The notes below the pieces were generated by a model. It saw nothing but the letters and a program-made list of their open reading frames with translations. It ran no database searches and was not told where the DNA came from. Shown in pieces: positions 1-8,800 of a stretch of 64,000 bases of DNA. The translations under genes and the position numbers were made by a program. The DNA comes from Candidatus Altimarinota bacterium (GTDB lineage: Bacteria > Patescibacteriota > Gracilibacteria > JBDHUY01): contig JBDHUY010000003.1 in the NCBI GenBank assembly GCA_039809385.1, positions 64,001-128,000 of the forward strand, read 5' to 3'. The stretch's first letter is position 1. Each line of letters begins with the position of its first letter.

Positions 1-80
1 CGAAAGATGACCACGTTGGTGAAACTGCCGATGAAGGTTCCGAGGATGGCGATGATGAGAATGAAGGAAATACTGGTCAT
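1..80 (-). CDS. pilD: Prepilin peptidase (A24, PilD-like), 5' end only; runs off the window
   Basis: Manual translation from ATG at 80: MTSISFILIIAILGTFIGSFTNVVIFR, matching the N-terminal G-x-x-I-G-S-F-x-N-V-V-I-x-R signature of prepilin peptidases. Not in the ORF track. Confidence 0.85.
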   Translation of the reverse strand, partial: MTSISFILIIAILGTFIGSFTNVVIF

Positions 81-159
81 AAAGTTCAAATGTCAAAACT
101 CAAAGCTCAAAAGTCAAAAGAGACCCCAAAAATTACAATGTTCCAACCAAATTTCTGTT

Positions 160-430
160 ATCTAAAACGACATTACTCTCATAGACATGTTTATGGCCGA
201 ACCCGGACTCCGGACAAGCCGGAGTGACATAAAGGGGGGGAATATCGAAACTCTTTCTAGACTGCCATCCTGGCTCGTCCAGGATCCGGGTTCGGGATGT
301 TCTGGTTTTTTACTCTCAGTGGCTTGTAAATAATATTTCTCGGATCTGTATTCCTGTAATCTGCAACGACATAACTCTCACGTAAATAGTACTTGCTATC
401 CCTGGACTCTTCGCTTCGCTCAGAGTGACC
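160..430. repeat. Cluster of REP-like palindromic repeats
   Basis: ggactccggacaagccggagtgaca (~205-229) and gccatcctggctcgtccaggatccgg (~264-289) are inverted relatives; gactcttcgcttcgctcagagtga (~405-428) recurs as an exact reverse complement at 36791-36814; acgacattactctc/acgacataactctc occurs twice. Confidence 0.7.
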
Positions 431-444
431 CAAGGGGGAAAATC

Positions 445-1899
445 CTATTGCTCTCCTACCAGCTCGTTATATTTATTTCCGGCCGATACTCCGATCGAGC
501 TGTTTTTGTCCATGAAGTAGGCCCGTTTGTAGTAATCCTGAGATTTCGCCAAGTCTTGTTTCTCCTTGTATAGATCTCCCAGATTCAGATAGACCGCCTG
601 CAGGTTCGGATCGCGTTTTTCGGCTTCGGTCAGATATTTTTCGGCTTCTTCCAGATTGCCATTATGTAAATCGCCCCACCCGACCAGGTTATAGGCCATA
701 GCGTTATCGGGAAATAGATCGAACGCTTCCTTGGCAAGTTCAAGGGCTTTGAGAGGCTCATTCTTAATTTCGATATAGATCCACATTGGACGTACATACA
801 GATTGATATCCTTTATATTGGCGTCCTTGATCAGCGCCAGATATCCGGAGAGCGCTTCGTCGTATTTTTCCTGGCCCAGATACAGATCGGCCATACGACG
901 CTGTACGTCGTTTTTCGGTTCGAAGCCGTTTTTCTCGGCCAGAATCAAATAGGTAAGGGCTTTATCAATATTCCCCAATTTTTGATGTACCAGTGCCAGG
1001 AAATACTGCGTTTCATTTTTTTCCGGATCGAGGTCGTAGGCATTGTTCAGGGTTTCCAGCGCCAGGTCGTATTTCTGGATGGCGTAGTATGAAAAACCCA
1101 GGAGTACCCAGGCGTCGCGATAGTTCTTGTTCTCTTTCAATACGTCCTTGAGCGTGCCGATGGCGAGCTGATATTCGCCGTTTTGGATAAAGGCGCGGCT
1201 AACCAGCGTTTTTAAGTGTGTCTGCTTTCCGTCGCTAAACAGGTTAAATTCTTCGATGTTGTTCAGCACGTTCTGGGCACGTTGTCCGGTAGTACTTTGA
1301 GGATCTAATTCCACGCTCTTTCTGAGGTTATTTTGCGCTTTTTCCATGTCTCCGGATCTGGCCCGCAATAAACCGATATAGTAACGGACTTCCTGATTTT
1401 CACTGTTCATGCCTAGTAATACATCCAGCGCGGTAGTAAAGTCGCTTTTTTTGATATTCAAACGGACCATGGCTAATTTAATCCCTTCATCTTGAGGATT
1501 ACGGTCGAGCGCAAACTGGAAATACTCTCCGGCCTTTTCGAAATCGCCTAAGAGCGTGGCAGTCTCGCCGAGTTTTTGGTAGGGTTCGCTGCGTGTGCTT
1601 TCAAACGTGGTGGCGCGCGTGTACTCTTCGATAGCGTTCTGATAATCACCGGCCTGGAAATAGGTATCTCCGTCTTTCATCGCTGTTTCGTAGGTGGCGC
1701 TGGTGGGCCGCTTAATCCGGATCGTAGGAGAACTGTTAGTATTGCCATTATTGTTTTTCGAAGCAGTCATGGCCAGGATCGGATTTTGTTTGGCTCCAAG
1801 AGACCAGGGTAGTTTGACGATCCCGAACTGGATCGACACAAAGGTACCCAATAACAGGAGAAAGACAATGCTAAGAAAAATGGTGGTCTTGTTTTTCAT
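445..1899 (-). CDS. Membrane-anchored tetratricopeptide-repeat (TPR) protein
   Basis: N-terminal hydrophobic anchor, Asn-rich linker, then many TPR-like units (e.g. AWVLLGFSYYAIQKYDLALETLNNAYDLDPE). Confidence 0.9.
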   Translation of the reverse strand: MKNKTTIFLSIVFLLLLGTFVSIQFGIVKLPWSLGAKQNPILAMTASKNNNGNTNSSPTIRIKRPTSATYETAMKDGDTYFQAGDYQNAIEEYTRATTFESTRSEPYQKLGETATLLGDFEKAGEYFQFALDRNPQDEGIKLAMVRLNIKKSDFTTALDVLLGMNSENQEVRYYIGLLRARSGDMEKAQNNLRKSVELDPQSTTGQRAQNVLNNIEEFNLFSDGKQTHLKTLVSRAFIQNGEYQLAIGTLKDVLKENKNYRDAWVLLGFSYYAIQKYDLALETLNNAYDLDPEKNETQYFLALVHQKLGNIDKALTYLILAEKNGFEPKNDVQRRMADLYLGQEKYDEALSGYLALIKDANIKDINLYVRPMWIYIEIKNEPLKALELAKEAFDLFPDNAMAYNLVGWGDLHNGNLEEAEKYLTEAEKRDPNLQAVYLNLGDLYKEKQDLAKSQDYYKRAYFMDKNSSIGVSAGNKYNELVGEQ

Positions 1900-2032
1900 A
1901 GGGCGGTACCATATTATCGGTCAGCGATCAGTCTGTGTTTATTCTAAACCTGCCATAAAACACAACCAAGCGAAGTGTTGGCGCTTGATCCGAGACTCTC
2001 GGATTTTGGAAAAAAAGTAATCTCCGGTTCCT

Positions 2033-2671
2033 TTAGGAAGCGATGTTTTGTGTTACGATCGTGATGATCACATTCGCCGCGAGGGCGACGATCAAACCGA
2101 TCACAGCACCCAGCATGGCTTTGCGGGCTTTTTTCTGCTTTTCTTCTTCTCCGACGGCCGTGGCATACATGATACCGCCGATGATCAGTACGATACCGCT
2201 GACGCCTCCCACGACCCAAGTCAGAAAGTTTTTTACATTATCGAACAGTCCCTGAGGGGTTACGTTGGTGTTTTTGGCAAAGCCGGCGTCGGCGCCGTCG
2301 CAATCTTCGTCTACCTGGTTGCCGGGTAGATCGGTCGTGCCGGGATGGATGTCGCGTGATCGCACAGTATTGCCGTCTTTATCTTTGACCGGATTAGTTC
2401 GTTCTTTTGTTGCATCCAGATCCAGACAGTCGCCGGTTTTGATAATCCGGCCACTCAAGGTACATTCGGGTTGCTGGGTAGCTTGGAGTGCGTAGTCGTT
2501 TTGAGCCTGGGCGTTTCCGCCATACCCGTCGTTGTCCTTATCTTGCAGTCCCAAGGATTGGCAGGTAGGCGTAGCAGTTGTCTGCGCCTCTACTTTTTCA
2601 TGTACCACGACTATACTAGGCAAAATACCTAATAAAGAGAGCAAGAGAACCAAATGGACCAATTTTTTCAT
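2033..2671 (-). CDS. CPR-type (TrbC/VirB2-like) pilin fused to a MopE-like Cys/Asp metal-binding motif
   Basis: Signal peptide; motif DCLDLD...IHPGTTDLPGNQVDEDCDG; C-terminal two-TM unit LIIGGIMYATAVGEEEKQKKARKAMLGAVIGLIVALAA typical of CPR T4SS-like pilins. Confidence 0.8.
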   Translation of the reverse strand: MKKLVHLVLLLSLLGILPSIVVVHEKVEAQTTATPTCQSLGLQDKDNDGYGGNAQAQNDYALQATQQPECTLSGRIIKTGDCLDLDATKERTNPVKDKDGNTVRSRDIHPGTTDLPGNQVDEDCDGADAGFAKNTNVTPQGLFDNVKNFLTWVVGGVSGIVLIIGGIMYATAVGEEEKQKKARKAMLGAVIGLIVALAANVIITIVTQNIAS

Positions 2672-2982
2672 ACAAACAACGAATTAGTAGGTAAAAAAGT
2701 TTGTGTTTGTGTCCGTATCAAAACAATTGTACTGAAAAAATGCTTTTTTTTCAACGAATCTCCTTTTTAAAACCGTAAAGCTGTGTTTTAGTTATATTTC
2801 CCCTTCCGTTGTTTCCGTCAAAAAAATAAGTTTTTCTTGAGGAGGTTGGGGTTTTGTGTTACAGTCCTTCCCGCACGAGAGAGAGGTACAAACAGTTGAA
2901 AAAGAGGAAGAAGTAGAAATTTGTGGAAATTCATTGAGTCAGTATTTTTGAATTTTGACCTTTGACTTTTGAGATTTTACTT

Positions 2983-3059
2983 GGGTCTGTAGCTCAATCG
3001 GTTAGAGCAGGCGCCTCTTAAGCGCAAGGTTCTGGGTTCGATTCCCAGCAGGCCCACCA
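2983..3059 (+). tRNA. tRNA-Lys (anticodon CTT)
   Basis: Cloverleaf: acceptor GGGTCTG/CAGGCCC, D arm GCTC/GAGC, anticodon loop CTCTTAA, T arm CTGGG-TTCGATT-CCCAG, encoded ACCA end. Confidence 0.95.
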
Positions 3060-3112
3060 GGGAGAAGTTATAAAGTTTTTAAAGTCTGTAAAGTTCATAA
3101 AGATAGAGTCAT

Positions 3113-3217
3113 GGAAATCGAAGCCGACCCGAGCGCCGAACTGGTGAGGAAGAGAGCGAGGGCGGCCGGCTGCGGAGGAGCCCGCAGGGCGGGGGAGCAG
3201 GATTCCCAGCAGGCCCA
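3113..3217 (+). repeat. tRNA-derived mini-element ending in a 17-bp direct repeat of the tRNA-Lys 3' end
   Basis: gattcccagcaggccca at 3040-3056 and 3201-3217; ggaaatcgaagcc at 3113 resembles the reverse complement of the T arm; internal hairpin ctgcgg/ccgcag. Confidence 0.7.
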
Positions 3218-3461
3218 GCAGGAATAAGTTAGACATCATGCCCTGAGGAGGTATGACGAAGGAGTCGTAAAGCAGCAATCCTAGGAATCGATGCCGATCA
3301 GAGTCTAAAACCGTACGGAAACAAACGAGGGCGGAGGAGTAGAGTTTCCAATAAACCCAGTAGCAGTAAGGTATAAAGCACCAGGGAATCCGGTGCTCAC
3401 GGCTGTTTGCTCTTTTCTCCAAACTCCAGACTCCAGACTCCCATCTCCTAACTCCTCTGCC

Positions 3462-3911
3462 ATGTCTTCCCGTCTCGGTATCGATATGATCGGGGTATGT
3501 GTGGTCTACTTCTGTCATGACGGCGAAGGAAATTTTTTGTTATCCAAAAGGAGCAGCGAGGCGCGCGACGAACAGGGAACGTGGGATGTCGGCGGCGGTG
3601 CGGTGGAACTGCACGCGACAGTTGAGGAAACTCTGAAAAAGGAGATACGCGAAGAATATTGTACCGAGGTGTTGCAGTACAAATTTTTAGGATACCGCGA
3701 TGTGCATCGTACCAAAGAAGGAATGCCGACGCATTGGCTGGCTCTGGACTTTCAGGTGCGGGTGAACCGGGCGACGGTACGTATCGGAGAACCTCACAAA
3801 TTTGACGATCTGGACTGGTTTCGTCTCAACGATTTGCCGTCGCCGTTGCACTCGCAGCTGGGACCGGCGTTTGAGGATTACCGGCAACGGGGATTGCTGG
3901 GGGAGAGCTGA
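3462..3911 (+). CDS. NUDIX hydrolase
   Basis: Variant Nudix box GGAVELHATVEETLKKEIREEY and the GEPHKFDDLDWF motif. ATG at 3462 preferred because the upstream ORF extension is a heptamer repeat tract. Confidence 0.9.
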   Translation: MSSRLGIDMIGVCVVYFCHDGEGNFLLSKRSSEARDEQGTWDVGGGAVELHATVEETLKKEIREEYCTEVLQYKFLGYRDVHRTKEGMPTHWLALDFQVRVNRATVRIGEPHKFDDLDWFRLNDLPSPLHSQLGPAFEDYRQRGLLGES

Positions 3912-4022
3912 CGGCTTACAGCTGACAGCCAGCAGTTAGCCTAGTTGCTCTTCCTTCGTGAACGTGTCGATAAGGGTACGGTAGATGTCCCAAGGGGCCC
4001 TTTAGGGCCATCGACTGTGAGG

Positions 4023-4727
4023 CTAAATCGTAGATTCTGTTTCATTTGAGGTCTCGGTTGGAGAACTCGATGTCTCAGCGCTTTCTATGTTGGTTGCTGT
4101 TGTTTCTTCAGCAGGCTTGGATATTTCACCGTTACCAACGGACACACGGGCCGGTTTGATGACACTGCCTTTGAAGGTAAATCCGGCTTCGAATTCGCTG
4201 ATAACGATATCTTTTTCGCCCGCTACCTGCATCATGGCTTCATGTTTGGCGCTATCGAACTTGGTGCCGATGCTCTGTATTTTTACGATGTCGAGATCCG
4301 AAAACGTTTTTTCAAACAGCGATTTGATACCGGTCATACCTTTTACCCACTCGTGCTCTTTGAGGCCCTCTTCCAGGTGGTCGAAGGATTTTTCGAATTT
4401 GTCGTAGAGCGGTAACAGTTTGGACAGCAATATACCTTGGCCAAACGTAATAAGTTCTGCTTTTTCCTCTTCCGCTCTCCGCTTGAAGTTAATAAAATCG
4501 GCTCTTTCGCGCTGGAGCAGATTTTTATATTGTTCGAGTTCGGCTTGTAGTTTCTGAGTAGGATCGGTTTGAGCCGTCGTATCGTCTTGGACTCCTGCAC
4601 CATCTCCGCTTTGCGATGTGCCAATACTCGTATCCGGAGTGGTATCGCCTGTATCTTGTATCGGCCGGTTATCTGGCTGTGGCGGGGTCGTATCGGAAGT
4701 GGTGGTAGTGGTGTCTTGGTTGGTCAT
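4023..4727 (-). CDS. grpE: Nucleotide exchange factor GrpE
   Basis: RERADFINFKRR, LLPLYDKFEK, GTKFDSAKHEAM, GFTFKGSVIKPARVSVG. Start placed at MTNQD. Confidence 0.95.
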   Translation of the reverse strand: MTNQDTTTTTSDTTPPQPDNRPIQDTGDTTPDTSIGTSQSGDGAGVQDDTTAQTDPTQKLQAELEQYKNLLQRERADFINFKRRAEEEKAELITFGQGILLSKLLPLYDKFEKSFDHLEEGLKEHEWVKGMTGIKSLFEKTFSDLDIVKIQSIGTKFDSAKHEAMMQVAGEKDIVISEFEAGFTFKGSVIKPARVSVGNGEISKPAEETTATNIESAETSSSPTETSNETESTI

Positions 4728-4972
4728 GGGAGGGAGCGTATTAGGTATAAAGTATGAAGTATTAAGTATAAGATACAATGGTTGCTGTTGCTCTTTCTTG
4801 CTTTGTTCAAAAGCAACGTGTTTCTATCAGAAATCAACTCCATTTACTATAGAATTTCATGATGGCTCGGTCAAGACTGAGGTTTTTAAAAAAAATAAGA
4901 AAATATTGCCAAAAAATCTGAAATAGATAGAATCACACGAAAAGCTTAATTGAATAAAATAATTTTTGCATC

Positions 4973-5713
4973 ATGTCGTCAAAACAAAATTATAACCTAT
5001 TCCATTTGGGTGAACCCTTGGGCTTTGGCAGTTTTGTAGATGTTCGCCAAATTTCCCAATTACCTCCAGGTTTGGCTCCGGATTTACAGAAAAAATACCC
5101 CAATCGTCCTTTTGTTATCAAAGAGTATCGGGAAGACAGTATTGAAGGAGAGAATGCTTCCTATCTTTTTGGAAGTTTGGAACAGGATCTGACTGTAAGA
5201 AATAAACTTGTGTTACTGTCAGAACGACAAAAACTTATTGCTACTCACTTTATAGACATAGATGGTCTGGTTCCTGATAGCCAGTTCTATTACCATCAGG
5301 AAAGTACTATCTTTGAAATCCAGCCCAAAATAGACGGAGTGGCATTTATGGATTTTATAAAAAGTACTGATATGCAGGATCAGTTGGCTCTTCCTGAACC
5401 ACAGTTTATTAAATTGTTAGAGAGGCTTGATCAATTCGTTCAGAGGGCTGAGCAGCCATTATCACAAGCCTACATTCCCGAGTTGTTCCAGGCTTGGATC
5501 GATCTGTCGGGGAGAGATAACCTGATTATTACACCGCAGGGCGATATTCGCTTAGTCGATACCAACACTCTTTGTTCTCCGGACATGGATAAACTGGTAA
5601 GCGATCGGGTATATCGTACCACCATAGCTAATATCGGGCGCATCCGTAGCTGGCTTTTGGCACAGTACAGTCTCTATTCGGTCCAACGGTGTCTGATAGC
5701 CAAAGCTTCTTAA
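4973..5713 (+). CDS. Hypothetical protein, possible protein-kinase-like fold
   Basis: LGFGSF (Gly loop), VIKEY (Lys), IDLSGRDNLII (D-x-N loop) and LVDTN occur in kinase-like order. Confidence 0.55.
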   Translation: MSSKQNYNLFHLGEPLGFGSFVDVRQISQLPPGLAPDLQKKYPNRPFVIKEYREDSIEGENASYLFGSLEQDLTVRNKLVLLSERQKLIATHFIDIDGLVPDSQFYYHQESTIFEIQPKIDGVAFMDFIKSTDMQDQLALPEPQFIKLLERLDQFVQRAEQPLSQAYIPELFQAWIDLSGRDNLIITPQGDIRLVDTNTLCSPDMDKLVSDRVYRTTIANIGRIRSWLLAQYSLYSVQRCLIAKAS

Positions 5714-5870
5714 CGTTGTTGCTTTACACTATACCTTCACATCTGAATCGGTATTTTAGGAGTGTTTTTAAAACTATATTTCCTATTTTTGCAAATGGAA
5801 AGTCTTTTAAAAAAGGCTTGGGAATACTATACTAAACAGATAGTTTTATTATACCAAAACAAACACACGT

Positions 5871-8800
5871 GTGACGAAAGGACCTGATTTTTCCGCTAAA
5901 AAACCAAAAAGACTTTTCCACCAAGCGGTTTCGACGCTGCTTATTTGTTTGTTGCTTCTTACCCAGATCGTCTATATTCCGCCTAAAGCCTTGGGTGATC
6001 CGCTCAATACCCGGACCGATTTGGTGATCATTTTAGCGGAAAAAAATCTCTTTAGCTCTTCCCTGCCTTACCCTGGTCTGAACTTCTTCGGTACGACCAC
6101 CCTGGGCGAGCGAATCGTCCGGTACGGACAAGATATCCAAGCCAAGCTGAACGATACGCGGGTGCTTATTTTCACCGTTGAGCCGACCGATACGCCCGCC
6201 CAAATCGCCCAGGTCTTGGAAAAATACTACTTTGACGGCGATACTGCGCAGAACCAGCTGTCCTCGCTTACGGGTGTCGTACTGGTGGGCAATGTACCCT
6301 TACCAAGTGTAAAAAAAGGCGATCATATCTATCCGAGTCTTTATCCGTATACCGATTTTGACCAGAAACAGTTTTTGTACAATCCCGCGACCGACCTGTT
6401 TGAAGAAACGCCTCTTTCGCTCGACCGGAAGCCCGAAATATGGCATGGTGTAATTCGTCCGCCCGCGGGAGGCGAAGAGGGAAACAAACTGCTCGCCGAA
6501 TTTTTTGATAAAAATCATGCTTTTTATCAAAAAAGTTACGGTTATAACGAATTTGACCGCAAGGTTTTTTTCGGCGATTTCCGGCAGGAAACGGCCCGTA
6601 TATCGACCGAATCTTTGCTCGGCTACCAGGCGTTTACCGAACATGCCGAAGATGTCACCTATCTGCGCTACACCAAACAGTTGCTTGCGCAGGTCTATAA
6701 AACGGTTATGGCACCGCAGCAGGCTTTTTTGCAAAACCTTACTGCCAATACCAACCTGGGTGATACGACCAAGCTCTTTGACCAAGTCCCGGATATTTTT
6801 ACCAAACAGATGATTGGCCAACTACTCAAACGTTTCTATCAGGTCGTCGGCGATTACCCGGCGGTGGTGCGTGATCTCGTAGCCGGATCGGGGCGTTGGC
6901 GCGAAAATGATACCGATACGTTTTACAAACTCATCGCTCAAAAAGACGAGGTAAGCCTGGCAATGATCAAAAAAGCCAACGACGCACTAGAAGGAGGCGT
7001 GGACGATCTGGTTTTCCAGATGCAGAAGAATATCCGTATCGTGATCGGTGCCGATTTTGCCGAAGGCGGTTTGTTTGGCGACGGGGCCTACTTTCCCAAC
7101 TATATCAACGGTTTGTCGGCCGATCAGATCCGTACCGCGCTCGATTGTACCATTTACCGCGGTAGCACCAGCGATGGTCGTATTTCAAACCAGGTTGAGG
7201 CCAATCGTGTCTATAATCCGCTGAGTGAGGCCAATCAAAATTTCAATATCAATCGCAACGGTAATGTCTGTCCCGAGTACGGCGGCTGCTGTGCCCGCAA
7301 TATCACGTTTACCGATGGCAAGCTCGTTCCCTCGCCCCAATGTCATCCTCAGGATGCGGTCTTGCCGGTACTCGATCTGGGGGGAACCCTTGCCAGAGAG
7401 GGCGATACGAGCTATCGCAGCTGTCTGGTGGAAAATTATGCCATCACCCGACAGAAAAATCTTAACGGCAAAAATTATACCGACTACGATCTGGTGGCCG
7501 GAACACAACGCTATGCCGAGATATCGAGCGTCATTGCTCACAAAGAACCGACCAACGATACCGTAAAGGCTCAGCTGGAAAGTAAGGTCGCGCGCGATCT
7601 GCCGGTCGACAATCCCCGCTATGTCGATTTTCAAAACCAGAGCGGCCAGTATCAGCGGGTGAATTATATCAACCTGTTTCGCTATACCCAAAATATTTCT
7701 CTGGAAACACCCGCACAGGCTGCCGTGGCGATCCAGGCCAAAATTACGCAAAAGGAAAAGGAACTGGGGGTAAAAGATCTCTTGTTGAAACGCTTACCTG
7801 CCGATATGGCGCTGGAGACTCTTGCCGATGCGGTTTACTGGACCCAACTATCCCCGCAGCAAAAATACGAATATGTTTTTCAGCAGTATCTTTCCACTGC
7901 CGTGGCTAGTCCGGACGGCATTTATCGGGGCATCTATCCTCAAAAAGCCAAAGGGTACGAAAGTACGTATTTGCACGTGGATGGCGATGGCACTTTTTTG
8001 GATCTTTCGTTCGTACCTCAGGATATCAACCAGAATACCGACTTCGAAGAATTAAAAACCACGATCGGACTTGAGGAAACGCGCGACAAAAGCCGACAAG
8101 CGCTCGAAAATCTTTTGGGAGCGAACGGACTGGAATTGGATCAATCCTGCGGTTCGTTCGACGGAGTCAGTATTTTTGAATGGTTTCAGGCGTTGTTGTG
8201 CTGGCTGAAAAATCTAGTTCCTCCCAAGGTAGAATTTTATACCGGAGGGAAAAGTGCGTTCGATTTTTCAAAAAACGAATCGACTCCGCCCTATTCCTTT
8301 CCGCCCCAATCAAATAACAACGCCTCCGGTTCCAGCCCTAACCGTAACAGTAACCGGAGCCAGTCTGACGGAGATATCGCTCTTACACCCGAAAAGCTCG
8401 ACATTGACCTGCCAGTCAGGATTTTTTCCGACCAGCGTCCCCAGTTGCTCACCGTATCGTTATTGGATCAAAACGGCGACTTGTATATTTCTCCCGAATC
8501 GGTAAACGCCGATATATTGCTGGTGGATCAGAAACCTGCGGACGGCACGGCTGGAGAGGTATTTTCGATTTCCTCGGAAAAAATCGACTTGCAGAGCGGC
8601 AGGGGGACGCTCCTGATCACGCCGTTTAGGCCGGGTACCGCCACCTTGTATGCTAAAGCAGGAAGCCTACTTTCAGAGAGCTTCAAGGTAACCGTTACGG
8701 ATGAAAAAATAGACGCCTCGTTTTCGTATACTGATGCTCAGGGAAATATACGCTACGGTACTACTTTTCCGGCTGGCAGTACCGTCGATCTCTCTTTACA

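Noticed and set aside
3040-3217. Prophage or integrative island at tRNA-Lys
   Set aside because: The direct repeats enclose only ~145 bp and I saw no integrase or phage genes in the window.
3018-3518. 166-aa minus-strand ORF
   Set aside because: Antisense to the tRNA, the repeat element and the NUDIX start; its end (WWACWESNPEP) is just the reverse-translated tRNA.
4730-4970. CIRCE operator or heat-shock operon around grpE
   Set aside because: No TTAGCACTC-N9-GAGTGCTAA motif, and no hrcA, dnaK or dnaJ adjacent.
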